Assembly (NCBI GenBank): GCA_028023455.1
Contig: JAQFVV010000002.1
Coordinates: forward strand, 13,330,001 to 13,394,000
DNA from: Epiperipatus broadwayi
Taxonomy: Eukaryota > Animalia > Onychophora
Direction of reading: 5' to 3'
Length of the DNA: 64,000 bases
In this document: piece after piece, positions 54,596 to 64,000 of the stretch
How positions within the stretch are numbered: the stretch's first letter is position 1
How the letters are laid out: every line of letters begins with the position of its first letter
The notes under the pieces: model-generated
What the model saw: the letters and a program-made list of their open reading frames with translations, nothing else
Database searches by the model: none
What the model was told of the DNA's origin: nothing
Position numbers and translations under genes: made by a program

Positions 54596-55930
54596 ATTCG
54601 AAAATAAACAAAAAAAAAAAAAAAATGAAAATAAACACTATCATTATGTGTATTAAGAAAAGCTTATTTATTCCTTTTAACATAATATCCTCAATTCCTT
54701 TAACATTGTGTGCTAAGCTGCTTTCAACTAGCTTGTATTCATAATTGTAGCAGAAATATGTAAAGCGAATTACATAATTTATTGAGATAGAGATTTTTCA
54801 ATATGCTAATAACAGAATGTAAATGAGTGAATTTACATAATCTATTTTTTTGAAAGGGGGTGCAGGACTTTTTCTTATTTATAGTGTTCGAGTTATTGGC
54901 GATCTGCCAAGCCTCTCTGACTTTGCATTTGCATCATTTCTTTCAGAATAGATGATGCTAGCTGCTGTAGGCCCAAATGATCATGTTTGGTTTCATGTTC
55001 TAGAAATATGGATCTAACTTCAGCATTGGTTTTAAGCTTACTATACTGATTTGAGAATTATCAAAGTAAACAACCCTGCAATTTGTATATTTGCATATGT
55101 TCTTGTATATCACCTAGAGAGACTGCTCTGGGGCAATCTATAGTTAGTTTTGTTTATTAAGTGGTTAAGGTGGGAGGGGTGCGAAAGCTAACTTTATATG
55201 TTTCTGAGTTTGTTAAGATAAAAATATTTTACTCCAAAATTAGTAACAGATCCAAGCTAAGTGAAGAAAAGCCCTGGATATAGTTTCCTTATATACCTGA
55301 GATAACTCAAAGTGTAAGCAAGATTTACTCGGAAGCATATAAAGTTAGCTTTTGCACCCCTTCCATCACTAACTGCTTAATAAATAAAGCCAAGGATAAG
55401 TTGCCCCAGAGCAATCTTCCCAGGTGGTGTACAAGATCATATGCAATCATACAAATTGCAGGGCTGTTTTCTTTGATGAATCTCAAGCTAACCTTACAAC
55501 GAGGGTAGCTCAGCATAGATATTTGTATAACTGCACTAAAACCAATGCTGAAGTTAGATCCATATTTCTAGAACATGAAGTCATACATGGCCATATCTTT
55601 GAGTTTACAGCAGCCAGTATTGTCTGTTCTGAAAGAAATAATGCAAAGTTAAAGAGGCATGGCACATGTCACCAATAATATGAACACTATAAATAAGAAA
55701 AAGTTCAACATCCCCCTATCTCCTTTTCAAAAAAATGACTTATGTAAATTCACTCATTTACATTCTGTTGTTAGCGCATTGAAAAATCTCTATCTCGATA
55801 CATTATACAATTCACTTTATGCATTTCTGTTATGATTATGACTATAAACTAGTTGAAAGCATGCTATAGTAAAAGGAATAAATAAGATTTTCTTAGTATA
55901 CATAATGATAATGTTTATTTTTGAATATTT
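54596..55930. mobile_element. Penelope-like element (family B) 3' end as a fold-back
   Basis: Arms ~54630-55138 and ~55390-55921 (about 80% identical); the right arm encodes the GIY-YIG-like VVYKIICNHTNC...ESQANLTTRVAQH; possible 7-bp TSD AATTGTA. Confidence 0.8.
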
Positions 55931-56279
55931 AATTGTACTTTTATGAATGTATTTATTACATTCATATATCAACATAACAATAATGATTAATTATCATCAT
56001 TGGTTACTACTATCTTAACAGAATTTATTTTAACATTTAAAAATGAAAGCAACATTATATAGTTATGTATGCAATGATTGTATATATATATGAATGTATG
56101 CAATGATTGTAAATATATATATATATATATGAATGTTGGATATATGTCACAGCATATTTGTTTATAGTAGATTTTTAGAAAAAAAAAAGATTGCTCAATG
56201 AAGTATGAAGACATTTATATTAAGATTACGAAGACATAAAAAAAACAAAATACATGGATGAAAGGATGAACATATGTCA

Positions 56280-56440
56280 CTGACATAAAATTAAATCTGA
56301 TATGAGGTTGGGCTGGACATATTGCTAGAAGAGATGATAATAGATGGACAGTTGAAGTTTTAAATGGGATCCCAAGAAATTGTAAAAGATCTAGAAAGAG
56401 ATCACATATGAGATGGATTGATGAAATAAATGTTTGCTGG
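56280..56440 (+). mobile_element. RTE LINE 3'-end fragment
   Basis: WAGHIARRDDNRWTVEVLNGIPRNCKRSRKRSHMRWIDEI. Confidence 0.8.
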
Positions 56441-56889
56441 TGTAATATGAAGAAGAGAGGTTACGAATTGGAGAAACTTTATTTAAATTGGTAAGAACTT
56501 CACCTTGCAGTGTGAAAATGATTATGTCAATGACATGTATGTGTACTTTCACATACTCTGCTTGCCTTATTTGTGTGTGTCTATGTGTGCTATGCATTGC
56601 CATATGTTTCAATTGTTATTCAAGTCAAATTTCCAGTGCAGAACTTACTGCCTCTGGACAGCATGATAAAGGGGCAGTATAGATAAAAGACCTAGATATG
56701 AAGGTTAGCTATGAAATAAACAGAGAAATCTTATAAATAAGTAGCCCTAGACTGATACCTCTAGTATTAATCAGAATATAGTGAACTAATGGGGCTAGCT
56801 TAATAAAAAACACATTTACTTAATGACGGTGCTGATGGAGAATGACAAATTTATATGACATTTTAAAATAAACATTAGTTGGTTGTACT

Positions 56890-58570
56890 CTTGATCTCGT
56901 GGTGTATTCTTGCAAAAAGACTAAAGAATCTGACTGATGGTCAATAGGTTCAGATCCTAAGGTCAACATTGGGTAAGCAATCAGCTAGCAGGTGAACATA
57001 AATCAGTGGTGAAGCTGGCAAACAGAGGAATTTCATTGTTCGTTGGCAGGCAGTTATGTTACTGCTGGCAGAGAAACGATTTAAGGCATTACTCTGCAGT
57101 TTTTACCCCTAGAAACTAAGCATGGAGATTTGGCAAAGTAAATTACAGGAAAGTGACTTCTCTGTCAGTCATGCAATTATACCCTGCAGGGAAGAGAAAG
57201 GTATTGCAGGATTTCCTTAATCATCATTCTATTAAACTCCTGCAAGATTAGAATATACAGAGATATTTAAAAAATTATGGAAAACTTAAAAATTTGAAGA
57301 AAAAATGGAAGATTGTGAATGAGTGTTGTTGGTATAAGTGAAACTATGTGGCCAAATAGAGATGACTAGGGATAGTGAGTCTAGAGTGTCAATAGTTGAT
57401 ACTTTCTTCGATAGAGACATAGGATAAGGATAAGGATTACAGGCATATGGGGATATAGTTAAAGAAATATCATGATCAAGATAAGATCAGATCCAAGAAA
57501 TACGGTATTAATTTGGGTATATATATAGTGCCATTGAGTTATATAGATGAGCAGATTGAGGAAGTAGATGAATAAATTGTAGAAATACTTATGATCGTAA
57601 AAGATAGGGAAAATTTTATTATTACAGAAGATTGAAATGCTGTGGTTGATGAGGAAAGAGAAAATAATCTGGAATTTTGAACTTGGCATAAGAAATGAAA
57701 GAGGATAAAAATTCAAATTTTATAGCAGTATTGATTGTGTTATTATAAACATATATTTTAAAATATGTCAAGAGGCAATGAACATTATCAGTTAGATTAT
57801 ATTTTAATTTAAATTAGTTTTCACAATCAAGTTGTGTAATGGTTATCCAGGGAAGGTGTGCGCTGCAATAATACCCTATTTATGATATTGATGTATGACA
57901 TGGATCTTTAAATAAAACTATAAGATGGAATTTTATGAAAAATCAGATAAAAAGATTTAGTAAACTTCATGGAGTTTGATGGATGAGTTTTTATATAATG
58001 GGAAGCTAAAAAATGGTAATATAAATAAAATGAGGTGAAATAATAAAGAAAATAAATATTCAAGCTAAAGAAGTGCATGTAAAAGGAGAAGAAAAAGTCA
58101 TATAAGCTATGGATAACAAAATAAATTTTAGACATGACAGAAGTAAAAAAATAATACAAAATAGCAAAAGAGAAATGAAACTGACTTTAATAGACTAGTA
58201 ATGCAAAGGAACTATGGGTAGAGGATTCTTGTACAACAATAAATGAAATTAAAAAAAAAAACAAACATTGTATACAATTAGTTCAAAGATAAAGTGTTGG
58301 TTGATCAAGTTAAAAATGGGAAATGATGGCAAGAATATATAGAAAAATTGTATGAGGGCAATGAAATAGGTAACTCGGTGATTGAGGAAGAATTTCAAGT
58401 GGATTATAATGATTTGGGATCACCAATTTTGAAGTTTGGATTTGATAAGGCTTTTGAGGGGTTGAAGTCAGGAAAAGCAATAGGAATAGTTGTAATTCCA
58501 AATGAGATATTAAAGTCCTTGGGAGAGAAGACAAAAACAATCATTTATAAATTATTAAATTAGATTTTTG
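56890..58570 (+). mobile_element. RTE-clade LINE 5' region (APE), preceded by a tRNA-like motif
   Basis: LKNLKKKMED...VVGISETMWP (~57285) and GLKSGKAIGIVVIPNEILKSLGEKTK (track ORF 58348-58563); GGTTCAGATCC B-box-like motif near 56947. Confidence 0.65.
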
Positions 58571-58791
58571 AGAGTAAACCAATCTTCACACATGCGCTGT
58601 TTGAGTATAAATTGACACACACTCACCCATAAGCAAAAATTTTAAAGAACAAGGGAATTCACTTGTCCTTCTAGCTTATGGGAAAGTACATGTCAAATTA
58701 TATTAAAACAATGCATGTGAAGATTGGTTTACTTCCTACTATATTAGAATAAATACTGTGCTATATAAAAAATAAATATATATAATGAGAT

Positions 58792-59038
58792 TGTATTTTT
58801 ATATTGGACGATTTCTATCATCTAATATACGTATTGAATGTCTTTAGAAAAATTTAACTTTATTTAAATATTCCAAATACATTCAACTGTTTGTAATAGC
58901 ACATCAAACAGTTGAATGTATTTGGAATATTTAAATAAAGTTAAATTTTTCTAAAGACAATACATATATTAGATGATGGAAATAGTCCAATATAAAAATA
59001 CAACTAGAACACCATCATCACAAACCTTAAGGAAAACA
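58792..59038. mobile_element. 247-bp hairpin made only of PLE family A pLTR ends
   Basis: Homologous to both ends of the 50516-51809 element; perfect 55-bp inner stem (58839-58893 / 58905-58959); 14-bp TSD ATATATAATGAGAT (58778-58791 and 59039-59052). Confidence 0.88.
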
Positions 59039-59052
59039 ATATATAATGAGAT

Positions 59053-61630
59053 GTTTGTGACTGATGAAATCTTCAGATTTTTAGAAGTGTTTTAATAATA
59101 ATTCCATCTCCAATGGAGACAAATAGTGTAAAAAGTACAGAAGTTTGAGTTTATTTCCATATACAGCCGGGTCTCGTTTTATGCGGATTTATTTAATGTG
59201 ATTTTGAAGTTATGCGATTCATGTTTCTTCTTAATATTTTTGTATGCAATAAAAATTATTAGATCAGAAGTCGAGCTCCGATAATGCACTATTACTTTAA
59301 ATATATAAATTTTGCGCACTTACGTCATATTTAAAGTAATAGCGCATTATCGGAGTTCGACTTCCATCTAATGATTTCAATATTTTCAGCGCTTTATAAT
59401 AGTACTGTAATAAATATTATGCAATAAAGAAGTTCATAATTCACTTAAAATCAGAATTTCCCCATTTTATATACACACATTAAATTTTACAAGATTATAA
59501 TGTAAATCTGTTCAAACGTTATAGATGAAAAATACTATGTATGATGTTGTTTTTGTATTTTAAATCACGTTCTATTTTTGCTTTTTATAAAAAGAGTACG
59601 TAATCAATTAATCATTTAGTGTCCGCAAGTTTATTTTTAAAAGGTGAGTAACAGCGGTGGGCACAATTAAATTTGACATTACGTAACTTTAATGTTATGT
59701 GAAACGATGAAATTTGATTTTTAAACGTAATTGAAAATTAAAAATTTAAAGACAAAAATAAGAATTTAATTTTTAATTGTTAGTTTTAATTAAATTTTGT
59801 CCAACAGTGGTGAGTCGTTGTCTTTTTATTATCGTAAGTCTAAGTTCTTATTTTTATTTTAAACTTTTAGTTTATTCTAACGGAGAGAAAAAAACACCCA
59901 AGAAAATGAATTTCTTTGTAAACAAAAATTTCAATTTTAGATCGCTTAGCGAAATAAGAAGGATCAACAGCGATTGGAAAACATTTTAGTTGTATTTCCT
60001 CTTGACTTCGTTTAAGGAGAAGCTACAGTACCTCATATCACATCACATCTTGACGAATCTGATGTCTCAAATAGCGATAATTATTAAAATACCGCACATA
60101 TATGAAAAAAATGTAAATTATGCATAAAAATATATTGTTTTGAATAAAATTAAATACTGTAGTTAATAAAAAAATATAAAAAGTTTGTCTTGTATCAATT
60201 TTTTTCAAATTTGAAATTTTTTAATAGTCATATTTTATTTTCTTCTTTTTTTTTTTATGCGAATTTTAAAGTAATTTTACGTTGTTGCTTTGCTTTTATG
60301 CAATTTTTGGAAAATTACAGTACGTATCCCCCATTTTTCAAGGTAATTTAAGTCTATTTTTGTGCGATTTCTTTTGTGCGCATTTTCTGAAGAACCTATC
60401 TACCACATAAAATGAGACCCAGGTGTACTTAAAGATTTTGAGTAGAAATCTTCAGATTTTTAAAAGTGTTTTAATAATAATTCCATCCCCAATGTGTAAA
60501 AAGTACAGAAGTTTGAGTTTACTTCCATATACTTAAAAGATTTTGAGTAGAATTATTTATCAGTGAAATGAAAAAAATTTGTTGGATGATCAGTCTGGAT
60601 TTATGAAAATAAGGGTACTTGGAAAGTAATTTTGAGCCTTTGAATATTGATTGAAAAATCCTTGGAAAATAAATAGAGAAATAGTAATGCCATTTATTAT
60701 TGTAGAAAAAACATTTAATAATGTGGACTAATACATAATGTTCAAAGCATTAGTAAATATGAAAATAGATTTTAGAAATAGAAGATTAATATACCATTTT
60801 TATAATAAACTATTGATAAGATCATAGTCTACCACCTTTACTTTTCATTATTTATATTGAGGAAACTATGAGAGAATTTAGTTATACTACAAAGGCGAGT
60901 TTGAAAATTAGTGGCAAATTATTTAGTATTATATACTTTGCAAAAGATATAGTTTTAATAGCAAAGAATGAATCTGAATTATATTTGATGAGCTATTGAA
61001 AGAAAGATATAATATGGAAATTAAAAGAGAAAAACAAAGATAATGAACTAGAGAGAAAAATTAGATAGATCCAGTGTGGTTGAGAGAAGAAATGTAATAT
61101 GACATAGCTTTTAAATGTTAGAAAAGCTTAAGGACATCAAGCAGTAACAGGAGAGATATGAACATTAGAATTGCAAAAGCTAAAGAAGCTTTTAATAAAA
61201 ATTGAAGATCATTAACAATATACAAATTCATTTCAAAAACACTTATCAAAAGCTACATTTGAAGTGGTATTTTATATATGTCAGAAAATGAAAGAGAGAG
61301 TTCACAAGTTTTTTGAGATGTGAATTGAAGACTACATGATGAAGACAGGATGGATAGCCAGAATGACAAATGAGGAAATATTGAGTTTGATGGGAGAAAA
61401 TAGAAGTATTTGGGAAGTTATTCTTCAAAAAAGAAACATTATGATTACTTGATGAGGCATTTGGAATAGTGTATATTGTTGATGGAAGAAAGGGAAAGAC
61501 TTAGCATGGAATTTGTGGATGCAATTAGAGGAAAATGGTTTTATAGATTTTTGTAAAAATTTGGCAATGGAAAGAAGGCTGAAGAATTATGTTACCCACC
61601 AATTTACAGATTGAAGAGGGAAAGAAGAGA
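59053..61630 (+). mobile_element. RTE-clade LINE RT domain, decayed, interrupted by a Tigger element
   Basis: KILSRIIY, DDQSGF (~60585), EKTFNNVD (~60706), YFAKDIV (~60934) and C-terminal W...MTNEEIL motifs. Confidence 0.75.
59164..60425 (+). mobile_element. Tigger/pogo-like non-autonomous DNA transposon
   Basis: TA TSDs; ~23-bp TIRs CAGCCGGGTCTCGTTTTATGCGG / CACCTGGGTCTCATTTTATGTGG; CENP-B-type HTH remnant ISL*TKISILDRLAK*EGSTAIGKHF near 59909-59990. Confidence 0.88.
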
Positions 61631-63049
61631 GAAGATAGTTGATATAGAGTGTTAATAGCATCATATTTCCTTAATATTGTATTATTATTTTTTTCAATTA
61701 TCATGATTATCATATATTTTTTATATTAATTAATAACATTTTTTATGTGTTACATTTCTTTATTGTCAATAAATGGAAACTTTAATACTAAGCACTTTTT
61801 GACTTATATTCATTTTTGTTGGAAGGATTTTCTGAATTTGATCTTAGTCAATCATTTCCAGTCTTGCTTTATAAACACATAAGAAATTTTAAGACTGTAG
61901 ATTTTATATTTTTTGCATGTTTACCTTATAATTGTATTTTTTTCTATTATTCAAAAATATTTTTACATGTATATAAACTTTCGCTCTTTAAAAAAATAAA
62001 ACAAAATAAATTCTAAATTTTTTAAAATTATTTTCTGTTAAGTAGTTAGAAAATATTATTTTTATTATAATTATGTTTTTTAATTCAAATGTATTGTGTT
62101 TTTTTTACATTATGACAAAAGTCCTAACACATTTAATTTTTGAACCAGGAAAACTTTGTAATAAGTGAATTTTCTATCATTGAAAAGCAAAATTCCCAAA
62201 GAATAGTGATTATTAATTGGGATTGTAGTAGAATAAAATTGCCTAATTATTTTATGTATTGACATATATATTATCTTAAACATTTTTTTAATTTATAAAG
62301 TGTGAGAAAATATTATATATTTATGTAAGCATTGAAATACAATGGGATTTTTCTATGTAATAATCTAGATAAAAATTTCAGCTATGATTTAACCAGATAA
62401 ACCACCAATTAAAATTGGCAATACAAGCTAAAACTACCCCATCTACTACTAATAATAGTATCGTTCTGATATATATTAAGGCAAAACATATTAGTAAAAA
62501 AATACAGAATTTAAAGTAAAAATACCTTTAGATTTAAGAAAGTAAAAATTTAAGCTATTTACAATGTTATTTATCTGCATCATTTTAGATACAAACATAT
62601 TTTATAGTTTTTAAAAATATAAAGTGTGTGGAATATATGGCAGTCTATAAAAATAGGCAGTTTTATTGAGCTAAAATTCTGATTAAATATTATTTAGCAA
62701 TAATGAGAGCAGGTTTTAATTAAACAGAAATAGGAAGAAAATTTTAGAAGTTTATTAATTTTTTTATTTTAAAAAAGATTATCATTTAATGACTAGAAAG
62801 GTTTTTGTTGATGTTAAATTTGTTAGAATGATTTTTGTTAAAATTGATTCTTGTTTAACTAATTTCAAAAAATTAAGCATGTAGTATATACCATAATGCA
62901 GTTTTTATTATCCATTTGTAGTTGTACTAAATTATAGAATTGTATAACAAATTTAAAATATAGTTTCTATCATCACCTTCACAAACAACTATACTTTTAA
63001 ACCATTTACACATTTTCATATAATTATTCAACTATGAAGATGCGAGTTT

Positions 63050-63760
63050 GTATTGACCTCAGTATATCAATGTACAATTGTAATAATTTGAAGTTTTGAA
63101 CTGATATTTCGAATAGTCTTATTCTCCACTCTTTTTTGAGTGTTGCTGGGCTTAAAAATTCGATATTCAAAAGTCTGAAGGTGTAAGTTTGACTCCTGTG
63201 CTAATATTACCACTGGTCAGGCCAGCAACACCTGAAAAAGAATGGAGAATGTGTGATATTTGTAAAGTTTATAAATTGAACAATTTCCCATCTTTGAATC
63301 ATATTTTATCAAACACTGCATACTGTTAATTCTTCATTCATATTTTAAATATCATAGCATAGATGCCATCAAATTATTATAACTATAAATCTTATCACTT
63401 TATAATTTTTTTCATGATAATTATTTTCTTTTCTTTTTATGTTGAATCTCCTTATAATGCATGGCAGTGAAGAGAGCATTGTTACAAATTAATATGATTG
63501 TTTTAATAATATTTCTCTAGTACTATTTTATCATGTAGATTGTTCCAATACTGGAAATATGTTCTTCCAGTTTTGTTTACTTTTTCCTTAATTGTTGATT
63601 TTATAACCTCTTTTGCTCTTAGTTTTTTTATTCTTGAGATTATACATTGAATGTTTACCATTCATTATTCTTTAAATGTTGCTCTGAAATAACATCTCTT
63701 GTATGGATCCCATTTTTCTACTGCTTGTGTATTTCTTAAACCTGTCTTTGCTTTCTCATT
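63050..63760 (-). mobile_element. Decayed LINE fragment (pre-RT region)
   Basis: Minus strand NWKNIF and DGIYAMIFK remnants resemble LINE linker motifs. Confidence 0.5.
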
Positions 63761-64000
63761 TTTTATTTAATATTATGAAAAGTATTATTGAATTTAATTT
63801 ATTATATATTGTTGAATTTCACTATTCTAATAATTTGACATTATCATTGTATTAAAGTTTTGTGATAAATATTCTTAGATTTTTAATTATATGTGCATTG
63901 ATTTATGATCTTGAAAACATTTTGGTTTTGTGTTGTCATTTTTATTTTTTGTCTACAATGTTTTTTTTTTGTTTTTGTTTTGTAATTGTTTTAATTAAAG

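Noticed and set aside
53743-64000. Terminal NFU1 exon, or read-through of exon 7 to a stop near 53808
   Set aside because: No acidic V.D/E-type exon found; the read-through peptide is not NFU1-like and the donor position is conserved, so the last exon is probably beyond the window.

Overview
AT-rich metazoan genomic DNA (invertebrate-like; taxon cannot be fixed from sequence). Two host genes sit head-to-head, with their ATGs 262 bp apart. The first is exon 1 of a C10orf53/UPF0728 homolog (- strand; other exons not found, probably left of the window). The second is NFU1, the mitochondrial Fe-S carrier (+ strand), with seven coding exons from 5425 to 53742; its terminal exon was not found. The introns are packed with repeats: decayed RTE-type LINEs, Penelope-like elements (PLEs), a 2.1-kb solo LTR, a hAT MITE, a Tigger/pogo element, a Merlin transposon with very long TIRs, and a second GG-terminal TIR element. 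The most notable signal is a ~430-455 bp non-coding tandem unit carrying a type I hammerhead ribozyme (8 copies, 6 with an intact core). It is inserted three times as fold-back structures with both 3' ends facing outward. The PLE insertions in the window share that geometry, which suggests a retrozyme-like family mobilised by PLE machinery. Almost all ORFs in the supplied track are spurious or TE fragments. All alignments were done by eye, so boundaries of decayed repeats are approximate.
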